Source of the DNA: Candidatus Eiseniibacteriota bacterium
GTDB lineage: Bacteria > Eisenbacteria > RBG-16-71-46
Reading direction: 5' to 3'
DNA length: 17,808 bases
Assembly: GCA_031366795.1 (NCBI GenBank)
Contig: JANLOX010000085.1
Location: 1-17,808, forward strand
Positions 1 through 8,078 of this stretch are shown here, piece after piece; position 1 is the first letter of the stretch, and each line of letters starts with the position of its first letter. The notes beneath the pieces are model-generated. The model saw nothing but the letters and a program-made list of their open reading frames with translations. It did no database searches and was not told the DNA's origin. The position numbers and the translations under genes are program-made.

Positions 1-1
1 C

Positions 2-787
2 GCGCGCATTGCCGTGGACCGGCGCAAGCGTATCGCGGCGCTCGAAGCGGAGACGCCGGGCCATGTGTTGCGCTCGCGGTTGTTTTCAGCAGCGCCCGCG
101 GGCCGGCTCGAACGCGCCCTGCGCCGTGGCGGGGAAGGCGGCGCGCTCAAGCTGTTGTGCGAGGTGAAGCGCGCCTCGCCGTCCAAGGGCGTCCTCAATG
201 CAGCGGTCGACCCTGCGGCGACCGCCCGCATCTACGAAGCGGGAGGCGCCGCGGCGATTTCCGTCGTCACCGAGCCCGATCACTTTGGCGGTGAGCTGAC
301 GTGGATCAACGCCGTGCGCGCGGCGACCAAGCTGCCGGTGCTGCTCAAGGACTTTGTACTCGACTCCTACCAGATCCTCGATGCCGCAGCGCGTGGCGCC
401 GACGCGGTGTTGCTGATCGTGGCGATGCACTCCGAGACGGTGCTGCAACGCCTGATCGCCGAAGCGCGCCTGCTCGGGCTCGACAGCCTGGTCGAAGTCC
501 ACACGCGCGAGGAACTGGTCATCGCGATCCGCGCCGGCGGCACCCTGATCGGCATCAACAACCGCAACCTGCACACCTTCCATGTCGATCTCGATACCGC
601 GGTCCAGCTGTTGCCGCACATCCCGCCGCCGGTGACCGCGATCGCCGAGAGCGGGCTGTCCACGCCCGCCGATCTCCAGCGCCTGCGCACGACGCGCTGC
701 GATGCCGTCCTGATGGGAGAGGTGTTCATGACGAGCGCCGACCCGGCCGCCACGCTTGCACAGCTGGCCGCCGCGGCGCGTGCATGA
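2..787 (+). CDS. trpC: Indole-3-glycerol phosphate synthase (5' end probably lies upstream of the window)
   Basis: Motifs EVKRASPSKG, AISVVTEPDHFGG, LPVLLKDF, GADAVLLI, LVEVH, IGINNRNL, IAESG. The frame is open from base 2 (ARIAVDRRKR...), which looks like the TrpC N-terminal helix, so the GTG at 14 is probably not the true start. The stop overlaps the trpF start (ATGA 784-787). Confidence 0.95.
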   Translation, partial: ARIAVDRRKRIAALEAETPGHVLRSRLFSAAPAGRLERALRRGGEGGALKLLCEVKRASPSKGVLNAAVDPAATARIYEAGGAAAISVVTEPDHFGGELTWINAVRAATKLPVLLKDFVLDSYQILDAAARGADAVLLIVAMHSETVLQRLIAEARLLGLDSLVEVHTREELVIAIRAGGTLIGINNRNLHTFHVDLDTAVQLLPHIPPPVTAIAESGLSTPADLQRLRTTRCDAVLMGEVFMTSADPAATLAQLAAAARA

Positions 788-1425
788 ACCGCACCGCGCG
801 CACGATCGTCAAGGTGTGCGGCATCACGCGCATCGAGGACGCGCGCGTCGCGATCGACGCCGGCGCCGACTGGATCGGCGTGATCCTCAGGGGCGAGAGC
901 CCGCGGCGCATCGAGGCGGCGAGGGCGCGCATCATCAGCTCGGCGGTGGATGGTGCCACGGTCGTCGCGGTCATGGTGGCCCCCACGCCTGAAGAAGCGC
1001 TTGCACTGGCGCGCGCAGCCGGAGCCACGCGCGTGCAATTGCATCGCGTGGATCCCTCGAACTGGCCCGCCGACTTCCCGCTGCCGGTCACGATCGTGGT
1101 CTCGGTGGCAGCCGATGGTTCGCTCACCGAGATGCTGCCGCCCGAACACCACCACGTGCTGCTCGACACCGCGGACGCCTCGCTCGCCGGCGGCACCGGG
1201 CGCACGTTCCCATGGGAAGCGGCGCGGGTGGTCGCCGCCTCGCGCAGCGTGTTGCTCGCGGGCGGGCTCGACGCCACAAACGTGGCCGCCGCCGTGCGAC
1301 TCGTGCGGCCATTCGGCGTCGACGCCTCATCCCGGCTAGAATCATCGCCCGGGATCAAGGACGCCGAGCGCGTCCGCCAATTCGTGGCCGCAGTGAGGGA
1401 GTGCGATGACCGTTTCGAAGAATGA
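784..1425 (+). CDS. trpF: Phosphoribosylanthranilate isomerase
   Basis: C-terminal part of ORF 301..1425, starting at ATG 784: [67 protein letters not shown] coupling to trpC. Confidence 0.95.
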   Translation: MNRTARTIVKVCGITRIEDARVAIDAGADWIGVILRGESPRRIEAARARIISSAVDGATVVAVMVAPTPEEALALARAAGATRVQLHRVDPSNWPADFPLPVTIVVSVAADGSLTEMLPPEHHHVLLDTADASLAGGTGRTFPWEAARVVAASRSVLLAGGLDATNVAAAVRLVRPFGVDASSRLESSPGIKDAERVRQFVAAVRECDDRFEE

Positions 1426-2614
1426 CGTTAACGCGCCGGCGGCCGCAGCCGGCTACTTCGGCCCGTACGGTGGCCGCTTCGTGCCCGAGACGCTGATCCA
1501 CGCGCTCGACGAACTCGAGGCCGCCTACGCCTCGGCGTGCGCCGATCCCGGCTTCCGCGAGGAACTCGCCACGGCATTGCGAGACTTTGCCGGGCGGCCG
1601 ACACCGCTGATCGAGGCGAAGCGCTTCAGCGATGCCGCCGGCTGCCGCGTCTTCCTCAAGCGCGAGGACCTGCTGCACACCGGCGCGCACAAGATCAACA
1701 ACACCATCGGCCAGTGCCTGCTGACGCGCCGGATGGGCAAGCCGCGCGTGATTGCCGAGACGGGCGCGGGGCAACACGGTGTGGCCACCGCCGCCGCTGC
1801 GGCGAAGTTCGGGCTCGAGTGCTGCGTGTACATGGGCGTCGAGGACATGCGCCGCCAGAAGCTGAACGTCGAACGCATGCGCCTGCTGGGTGCCACTGTC
1901 GAGGGCGTCGACTCGGGTTCGAAGACCCTCAAGGACGCCATCAACGAAGCGCTGCGCGATTGGGTCACGCGCGTGCAGGACACCCACTACGTACTCGGCT
2001 CCGTGCTCGGGCCGCATCCATTCCCCACGATCGTGCGCGACTTCCACCGTGTCATCGGGCTCGAGGCGCGCGAACAATTCGCGGCGCAGGCCGGCGGCCT
2101 GCCCGACCTGCTCGTCGCCTGCGTCGGCGGCGGCAGCAATGCCATCGGCCTGTTTCACGCATTCCTCGATGAGACCTCCGTGCGCAAGGTCGGCGTCGAG
2201 GCGGGCGGCCTCGGGCTCAGCACGGGCAAGCACGCGGCGAGGGTTCCGGAGCACAGCATCGGCGTGCTGCACGGCACGCGCACGCTGGTGCTTCAAGATG
2301 GGCGCGGCATGATTCGCGAGACACATTCCGTTTCGGCAGGGCTCGATTACCCGGCGCTGGGACCCGAGCACGCATGGCTCGCCGACCAGGGCAAGGCCGA
2401 CTACGCCTCGGTCACCGACGACGAAGCGCTCGATGCGTTCCAGCAACTGTCGCGGCTCGAGGGCATCCTGCCCGCGCTCGAGTCCGCCCATGCACTGGCC
2501 TGGGTGCTGCGGGAGGGACGCGCGCTCGGGAGCAATACGCGCGTGGTGGTCAACCTTTCGGGGCGCGGCGACAAGGACGTGAGCGAAGTACTGCGGGTGC
2601 TGGGGCGTGAATAG
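1406..2614 (+). CDS. trpB: Tryptophan synthase beta chain (TrpB1 type)
   Basis: [28 protein letters not shown] (PLP lysine), [58 protein letters not shown] lies 5 nt upstream of ATG 1406; 20-nt overlap with trpF. Confidence 0.97.
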   Translation: MTVSKNDVNAPAAAAGYFGPYGGRFVPETLIHALDELEAAYASACADPGFREELATALRDFAGRPTPLIEAKRFSDAAGCRVFLKREDLLHTGAHKINNTIGQCLLTRRMGKPRVIAETGAGQHGVATAAAAAKFGLECCVYMGVEDMRRQKLNVERMRLLGATVEGVDSGSKTLKDAINEALRDWVTRVQDTHYVLGSVLGPHPFPTIVRDFHRVIGLEAREQFAAQAGGLPDLLVACVGGGSNAIGLFHAFLDETSVRKVGVEAGGLGLSTGKHAARVPEHSIGVLHGTRTLVLQDGRGMIRETHSVSAGLDYPALGPEHAWLADQGKADYASVTDDEALDAFQQLSRLEGILPALESAHALAWVLREGRALGSNTRVVVNLSGRGDKDVSEVLRVLGRE

Positions 2615-2663
2615 CGGCGGCATTCGGGCCCTGATCTCACCGCCGTCGGGAAAGTGGTCCGGA

Positions 2664-2692
2664 GTGACGGAACCCGCCCTGTGTGCTATAAA
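2664..2692 (+). promoter_or_regulatory. sigma70-type promoter of tRNA-Arg
   Basis: GTGACG (2664-2669), 17-nt spacer, TATAAA (2687-2692), with extended -10 TG at 2684-2685; 11 nt upstream of the tRNA. Confidence 0.7.
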
Positions 2693-2703
2693 AGTTGGCT
2701 CGC

Positions 2704-2780
2704 GCGCCCGTAGCTCAATTGGATAGAGCGCTAGCCTCCGGAGCTAGAGGTTACAGGTTCGATTCCTGTCGGGCGCACCA
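2704..2780 (+). tRNA. tRNA-Arg (anticodon CCG)
   Basis: 77 nt. Acceptor stem GCGCCCG/CGGGCGC followed by A-CCA; D arm GCTC-AATTGGATA-GAGC; anticodon arm CTAGC-CTCCGGA-GCTAG (CCG at 2738-2740); T arm ACAGG-TTCGATT-CCTGT. Confidence 0.97.
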
Positions 2781-2810
2781 CTTCTCTTAACCCTCGCAGG
2801 CGCTGCCAGC

Positions 2811-3842
2811 ATGTCGTCCGCCGTACCGCCACCCGCGGACCAGCGATTCAAGGCTCACGCCGCGCGCGAGATGGCCGAGATGTTCGACGACGTCTCGGGG
2901 CGCTACGACTTCCTGAACCAACTGATGACGCTGGGCCGCGATTCCGCGTGGCGCGATGCCATGTGGCGCGAAGTGCCCGACTCCGCGCGCGTGGTGCTCG
3001 ACCTGTGCACGGGCAGTGGCTCCTCGCTGCGCGGCCTGCGCCAAATCGGGCGGCTGGTGATCGGCCTCGACGTCAGTCTCGGCATGCTGCGCGTGGCGCG
3101 CGAGCAGGAGGGCTGGCTCGGCTGGGCGCCGCGATTGGTCGCAGGCGACGGTTTCCACCTGCCGTTCCGCGACGCCAGCATCGACTGCGTCACCATCGCC
3201 TTCGGGATCCGCAACCTGCGGCCGCGGGACCATGCATTGCAGGAGGTCGGGCGCGTTCTGCGGCCCGACGGGCGGCTGATCATTCTCGAGGCGACGGCCC
3301 CCTCGCCAGGCCCGTTCGCGCTCTTTCACAAGCTGCATCTGCTGCACGGCCTGCCGCTGTTGGGGAGGCTGTCGCCCGACCCTTCGGCCTATGCCTACCT
3401 GGGCCTGTCAATCCTCGAGTTCGGCTCGGGCGATGCTTTTTCGGCCCTGTTGACCACCTCGGGCTACCGGGTGCAGCACCGCCAGCGCTTCCTGCTGGGT
3501 GCTACCCACCTCTGGGTGGCAACGCCGGCCACGGGGGAGGCGCCCCAGACGTTGCAGGATGCCCGGGGGCCGTTCCCCCGGCTGGGTAATAAGCCCACGC
3601 TGGCGGAGCAGCGCAGGGCTGACTGGAGGGCCTGGACGGTGCTCCAGCTCGCGGTCTCCCTGGCGGTCTTTGGCGTTGTCACTTGGGCCGCTAAGTGGTT
3701 CTGGAGTGCGGAGAGCGACCTGCCGATACAGCAATGGCAACGCCGAGGTGTTTTGCTCGGGCTGGCCGTCGGTTGGGTGGGGTTCGCCATTCGCAGCATC
3801 GTGCTGTTGTTGCGCGCGTTTGGTGCACCGCCCCGGGATTGA
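2811..3842 (+). CDS. UbiE/MenG-family SAM-dependent methyltransferase with a C-terminal two-TM extension
   Basis: MFDDVSGRYDFLNQLMTLGRDSAWR, VLDLCTGSG (SAM motif I), GLDVSLGML, GDGFHLPFRDASIDCVTIAFGIRN, RVLRPDGRL, AYAYL..SI..F. This is followed by about 106 extra residues containing two hydrophobic stretches. Confidence 0.85.
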   Translation: MSSAVPPPADQRFKAHAAREMAEMFDDVSGRYDFLNQLMTLGRDSAWRDAMWREVPDSARVVLDLCTGSGSSLRGLRQIGRLVIGLDVSLGMLRVAREQEGWLGWAPRLVAGDGFHLPFRDASIDCVTIAFGIRNLRPRDHALQEVGRVLRPDGRLIILEATAPSPGPFALFHKLHLLHGLPLLGRLSPDPSAYAYLGLSILEFGSGDAFSALLTTSGYRVQHRQRFLLGATHLWVATPATGEAPQTLQDARGPFPRLGNKPTLAEQRRADWRAWTVLQLAVSLAVFGVVTWAAKWFWSAESDLPIQQWQRRGVLLGLAVGWVGFAIRSIVLLLRAFGAPPRD

Positions 3843-3854
3843 GCGGCAGGTTCG

Positions 3855-3869
3855 TGGCACAGGCGTTGC
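3855..3869 (+). promoter_or_regulatory. sigma54 (RpoN) -24/-12 promoter upstream of the GGDEF gene
   Basis: TGGCAC-AGGCG-TTGC is an exact match to TGGCAC-N5-TTGC (GG 3856-57, GC 3868-69). It is intergenic and ends 52 nt before ATG 3922. Confidence 0.8.
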
Positions 3870-3921
3870 GGCTGTCCGTGGCTTTTTGCCCCAACTTTCA
3901 CCACAGGATCTGCCCTCGCTC

Positions 3922-4932
3922 ATGTTGTCGCGCGAACGCGTCATCCACTCGCTGCTCGAACTCACGACCGGCTCCGCCGGGCTCACGCCTGTGGAACTCG
4001 GCGGCCGTGTGCTCGACATAGCGCTCGCGTTGCTCGACTGCGACGGCGTCTCGCTCACGGCACCGCGTCATCGCGACGCGATCCGCATGCTGCGCGGACG
4101 CGACGGCTCGCACTACGAGCCCCAGGTATTGCCGCGCGAGGGATCGGCGTTCCAGCGACTGGTCGCGCGCATGGCGAATCCGCTGCTCGTGCCCGACTTG
4201 TCGCTCGATCATCGCGCCATGGCGGACGACACCTGTCCCGGCTTCGATCCAGGCCCCGCAGTGTTCGTGCCGTTCGGCAGCCGCGAGACCACGGCGGGCT
4301 GCCTCGTGGCCTACCGTCGCGCGGGAGCGAAGCCGTTCGAGCGCGAGGAAGCTCGCCTGCTGACGATGCTCGCCACGACCGCGGCACTGGCGCTGGACAA
4401 TCGCCGGCTCGCGAAGGATCTCCAGAAGCTCGCAGTGACAGACGACCTGACGCAGGTCTACAACTACCGCTACCTGAAGACCGCGCTACGCCGCGAACTG
4501 CGACGCGCGGCGCGCTTCAAGCAGCAGCTTTCGGTGGTGATGATCGACGTCGACAGTCTCAAGGCGTACAACGACGTCAACGGCCACCTGCGCGGCAGCT
4601 TCCTGCTCAAGGAACTGGCGGGCCTGTGCGCCGAGCAGGTGCGCTCGTTCGATGTGATGGCGAAGTACGGCGGCGACGAGTTCACCATGATCTTGCCCCA
4701 GACCCCGCGCGATGGCGCGATGGTGGTGGCCGAACGCGTGCGCGTGGCGGTGTGCGAGCACGCCTTCGCGCTGGTGCCCAAGGGACGCATCACCGTCAGC
4801 CTGGGGATGGCGACATTCCCGGCCGATGGCCAGGACTCCATGGGACTGTTGGCCGCGGCCGATCGCGCCCTGTACCAGGCCAAGCGCCTGGGCCGTAATC
4901 GCGTCGAATTTCTCGAAGACCTGGCTGCATAG
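3922..4932 (+). CDS. GAF-GGDEF dinucleotide cyclase; candidate Hypr-type (3',3'-cGAMP-forming) enzyme
   Basis: GAF-like region (VPDLSLDHR, AVFVPF...GCLVAYR...PFEREEARLLTMLATTAALALDN), then TDDLTQVYNYRY, IDVDSLKAYNDVNGHLRGS, I-site RSFD, KYGGDEF, TVSLG, ADRALYQAKRLGRNRV. Start placed at ATG 3922 because it lies downstream of the sigma54 promoter; the ORF-track start at 3499 overlaps the previous gene. Confidence 0.92.
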   Translation: MLSRERVIHSLLELTTGSAGLTPVELGGRVLDIALALLDCDGVSLTAPRHRDAIRMLRGRDGSHYEPQVLPREGSAFQRLVARMANPLLVPDLSLDHRAMADDTCPGFDPGPAVFVPFGSRETTAGCLVAYRRAGAKPFEREEARLLTMLATTAALALDNRRLAKDLQKLAVTDDLTQVYNYRYLKTALRRELRRAARFKQQLSVVMIDVDSLKAYNDVNGHLRGSFLLKELAGLCAEQVRSFDVMAKYGGDEFTMILPQTPRDGAMVVAERVRVAVCEHAFALVPKGRITVSLGMATFPADGQDSMGLLAAADRALYQAKRLGRNRVEFLEDLAA

Positions 4933-4958
4933 ATCACAAAGGTTTGCTGTTGCGGTCG

Positions 4959-4988
4959 TTGACCCTCGGGAAACGAGGGCAGTAGACT
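4959..4988 (+). promoter_or_regulatory. Putative sigma70 promoter of the sugar module, with a dyad in its spacer
   Basis: TTGACC (4959-4964), 18-nt spacer, TAGACT (4983-4988). The inverted repeat CCCTCG-GGAAA-CGAGGG (4963-4979) overlaps the -35 and the spacer. Confidence 0.55.
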
Positions 4989-5046
4989 CGCCCGCTTAGG
5001 ATGCAGGATCGCATCCGGCTTCATTCTTCGATCAGGGGAGGTTGTT

Positions 5047-6084
5047 GTGTCGGATCGTGTCGGACTGGGAGTGGTCGGCACCGGGGATTGGGGTGCCAAC
5101 CTGATCCGCAATTTCGGGTCGCTGCCGGATGCCTCGCTCAATGCGCTGTGTGATTCCGAGCCTAAGCGCCTGGCGACATGGGCGGCCCGCTACCCGAACG
5201 CCGTGGCGCTGACGCGCGCGGAAGATCTCGCGGCGCGCGACGATGTGCAGGCCGTCGTCGTTTCGGCCTCGGCGGTGAGTCACTACCCGCTGGCCAAGAT
5301 GATGCTCGAGGCCGGCAAGGACGTATACGTCGAGAAACCGCTGACGCTCCAGGTGAACCACGCCGAAGAGCTCGTGGCGCTCGCCAAGAAGCACAACCGC
5401 ATCCTGATGGTCGGCCACCTGCTGCTGTTCCACCCGGCGGTCAAGTACCTGCGCGACATGGTGGACCGCGGTGACCTGGGCGACGTGTTCTACATCTATT
5501 CGCAGCGCGTCAACCTCGGCAAGGTCCGCAAGGACGAGAACGCGTTGTGGAGCTTTGCGCCGCACGACCTGTCGGTGGTCCTGCACCTGATCAATGAAGA
5601 GCCGATCGACGTCGTCGCGCGCGGCTCGGCATTCCTCCAGGGCAAGGTCGAGGACGTCGTGTTCGTCGACATCCGCTTCCCGGGCGGCAAGATGGCCCAC
5701 GTGCACGTGTCGTGGCTCGACCCGCACAAGTTGCGCAAGTTCACCGTCGTCGGCAGCCGCAAAATGGTGGTGTTCGACGACATGGAAGCCAGCGAGAAAA
5801 TCCGCGTCTACGACAAGGGCGTCGACCGCGCGGGCGAAGTCGTCTCGTATGGCGATTCGCTGACCGTACGCAGCGGCGACATCCTGATCCCCAAGATCTC
5901 GCTCCAGGAACCGCTCACCATCGAGTGCAAGCACTTCGTTGAATGCGTGCGCACGCGCAAGCAGCCGCTCACCGGCGGCGACGATGGTCTCCGCGTGGTA
6001 AAGGTGCTGGCGGCGGCGCAGGCGTCACTCGAAGCCGGGGGCGCTCCGATCGCGATCGCCACCGCAGGCGCGGTGGCCCGATGA
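5047..6084 (+). CDS. Gfo/Idh/MocA NAD-dependent oxidoreductase (WbpB/WlbA-like nucleotide-sugar 3-dehydrogenase by context)
   Basis: VGLGVVGTGDWG Rossmann start, GKDVYVEKPL, LMVGH, APHD, VSWLDPHK. Strong SD GGGGAGG before GTG 5047. Confidence 0.9.
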   Translation: MSDRVGLGVVGTGDWGANLIRNFGSLPDASLNALCDSEPKRLATWAARYPNAVALTRAEDLAARDDVQAVVVSASAVSHYPLAKMMLEAGKDVYVEKPLTLQVNHAEELVALAKKHNRILMVGHLLLFHPAVKYLRDMVDRGDLGDVFYIYSQRVNLGKVRKDENALWSFAPHDLSVVLHLINEEPIDVVARGSAFLQGKVEDVVFVDIRFPGGKMAHVHVSWLDPHKLRKFTVVGSRKMVVFDDMEASEKIRVYDKGVDRAGEVVSYGDSLTVRSGDILIPKISLQEPLTIECKHFVECVRTRKQPLTGGDDGLRVVKVLAAAQASLEAGGAPIAIATAGAVAR

Positions 6085-6857
6085 ACACGAAAGGGACGAT
6101 GAGCTCAGTGGTGCATGCGAGCGCCAAGATCGGCGAAGGCACGGTGATCGGCGAGTTCTGCGTAATCAGCGCGAACGTCGTCATTGGCACGGACTGCAAG
6201 ATCGGGCATCACGTGGTGATCCATGCCGGCACGGTCGTCGGCAACGACGTGCGCATCGACGATCAGGCGGTGCTCGGCAAGCTGCCGATGAAGGCGGCGA
6301 ATTCCGCCACCACGAAGGAGCAGGAGCTGCCGCCGCTCAGTGTCGGCGACGTCTGCATCGTGGGCACGGCCGTGATCCTGTATCGCGGCGCGAAGATCGA
6401 CAGCAAGGTACTGATGGCCGACCTGTGCACGATTCGCGAGAACGTCACCATCGGCCGGGGCACGATCGTCGGCCGTGGCGTCACCGTCGAAAACTTCTGC
6501 AACGTCGGTAAGTACTGCAAGCTCGAGAGCGAGTGCTACATCACCGCCTACTCGGAGATCGAGGACCGCGTGTTCGTGGCACCTGGAGTCGTCACCTCGA
6601 ACGACAACTATGTCGGCCGCACCGCCGAACGCTTCAAGCACTTCAAGGGCGTCACCGTGCGCAAGGGCGGCCGCATCGGCGCCGGCACGGTGTTGTTGCC
6701 GGGCGTGGCCATCGGCGAGGATGCGCTGGTCGCTGCGGGCTCCGTGGTCACCAAGGATGTCGCCCCGCGCACAATTGTGCTGGGCGGGCCTGCGCGCAAG
6801 CTGCGCGACGTACCGGTCGAACAATTGCTCGAGAACCAGGGCTGGGTCGATAGCTAG
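6081..6857 (+). CDS. Hexapeptide-repeat (left-handed beta helix) N-acetyltransferase, WbpD/WlbB-like
   Basis: Repeats such as VHASAKIGEGTVIG, IRENVTIGRGTIVG, IEDRVFVAPGVVTSND, IGAGTVLLPGVAIGEDALVAAGSVVTKDV. ATG 6081 overlaps the upstream stop (ATGA); an alternative ATG is at 6099. Confidence 0.88.
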   Translation: MNTKGTMSSVVHASAKIGEGTVIGEFCVISANVVIGTDCKIGHHVVIHAGTVVGNDVRIDDQAVLGKLPMKAANSATTKEQELPPLSVGDVCIVGTAVILYRGAKIDSKVLMADLCTIRENVTIGRGTIVGRGVTVENFCNVGKYCKLESECYITAYSEIEDRVFVAPGVVTSNDNYVGRTAERFKHFKGVTVRKGGRIGAGTVLLPGVAIGEDALVAAGSVVTKDVAPRTIVLGGPARKLRDVPVEQLLENQGWVDS

Positions 6858-6947
6858 ACTGAACTACCGCCGCACTGTCGCGACGGACATTCCATCACGA
6901 TTCACAGCCGGCTCGCTGCACACCGGCCTTCATCAGGGAGAGACACG

Positions 6948-8078
6948 ATGGGCGCGATGCCGACCCGGGCCACGATGCAGGTTCCGCTGCTGGACTTGAA
7001 GGCGCAGTACAAGGACATCAAGGCGGAGATCGACGAAGCCGTCCGCGGCGTGATGGAGAGCGCGCGCTTCATCGGCGGCCCCGAAGTTTCAGGGCTAGAG
7101 GAAGAAGTCGCGCGTTACTCGCAGACGCCCTATGGCATCGCCTGCGCCTCGGGCACCGATGCGCTGCTGCTCAGCCTGCGCGCGCTCGGCGTGGGCCCCG
7201 GTGATGAAGTGATCACCACGGCCTATTCGTTCTTCGCCAGCGCCGGCACGATTGTCAACGCCGGCGGCACGCCGGTGTTCGTCGACATCGACCCGCGCAG
7301 CTACAACATGGACCCGCACCGTCTCGAGGCCGCCATCACGCCCAAGACGAAGGCGGTCATCGCCGTCCATCTCTACGGCCAGTGCTGTGACCTGACGGCC
7401 GTGAAGGCCGTGTGCGACAAGCACCAGATCTGGCTGATCGAGGACGCGGCGCAGGCGATCGGCTCCGAATGGGAAGGCAAGCGCGCCGGCTCGGTCGGCG
7501 ACTTCGGTTGCTTCTCGTTCTTCCCGTCCAAGAATCTCGGCGGCGCGGGCGATGGCGGCATGATCGTGGCGCGCAATCCAGAATTCGCCGACAAGCTCCG
7601 GCTGCTGCGCGAGCATGGCGCCAGGCCCAAGTACTACCACTCGATCGTCGGCACCAACTCGCGCCTCGACGCGCTGCAGGCCGCGATCCTGCGCGTGAAG
7701 CTGCGCTACCTCGACCGCTGGAGCGAGGCGCGCGCCCACAACGCCGACCTCTACGACAAGCTGTTCGAGGGCTCGCGCATCGGCAGGCCCTACCGCGACC
7801 CGCGCGCGCGCCACATCTTCAACCAGTACGTGATCCGCTCGCCGCGCCGCGAGGAGCTCAAGCAGTTCCTCGCTGACCGCGGCGTCGGCACCGAGGTCTA
7901 CTACCCGGTTCCGCTGCATATCCAGAAGTGCTTCGCCTCGCTGGGCTATAAGGAAGGCGACATGCCGCACTCGGAGGCCGCCGCCCACGAAACGCTGGCG
8001 CTGCCGATCTATCCCGAGGTGGGTGAGGAGCGCATCCGTTACGTCGCCCAGCTGGTCCGCGAGTTCAGCGACAACTAG
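6948..8078 (+). CDS. DegT/DnrJ/EryC1/StrS PLP-dependent sugar aminotransferase (WbpE/WlbC-like)
   Basis: VPLLDLKAQY, ASGTDAL, GPGDEVIT, VHLYGQ, IEDAAQAIG, SFFPSKNLG (PLP lysine), NSRLDALQAA, LALPIYPE. SD AGGGAG upstream of 6948; an alternative start is ATG 6975. Confidence 0.93.
   Translation: MGAMPTRATMQVPLLDLKAQYKDIKAEIDEAVRGVMESARFIGGPEVSGLEEEVARYSQTPYGIACASGTDALLLSLRALGVGPGDEVITTAYSFFASAGTIVNAGGTPVFVDIDPRSYNMDPHRLEAAITPKTKAVIAVHLYGQCCDLTAVKAVCDKHQIWLIEDAAQAIGSEWEGKRAGSVGDFGCFSFFPSKNLGGAGDGGMIVARNPEFADKLRLLREHGARPKYYHSIVGTNSRLDALQAAILRVKLRYLDRWSEARAHNADLYDKLFEGSRIGRPYRDPRARHIFNQYVIRSPRREELKQFLADRGVGTEVYYPVPLHIQKCFASLGYKEGDMPHSEAAAHETLALPIYPEVGEERIRYVAQLVREFSDN

Noticed and set aside
301..783. 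Long N-terminal extension of TrpF in the ORF track
   Set aside because: It overlaps trpC in another frame and has Arg/Ala-rich shadow composition; TrpF homology starts at ATG 784.
2756..2810. tRNA-Arg as an integration site for a genomic island
   Set aside because: No integrase follows, I found no duplicate of the tRNA 3' end in the window, and the downstream genes look native.
3499..3921. N-terminal extension of the GGDEF ORF containing CCCC
   Set aside because: It is an alternative-frame overlap with the methyltransferase and runs across the sigma54 promoter, so it is not a credible coding region.
4940..5040. GEMM-I (c-di-GMP/cGAMP) riboswitch, suggested by the GAAA-containing hairpin
   Set aside because: Lacks the GGCAAACC...GGGACGCAAAGC framework and the second stem; better explained as a promoter with a dyad.
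6907..6940. CCGGC(C)TTCAT...ATCAGGG(G)AG similarity with the 5015-5040 leader
   Set aside because: Short, gapped and largely explained by the shared Shine-Dalgarno sequence.
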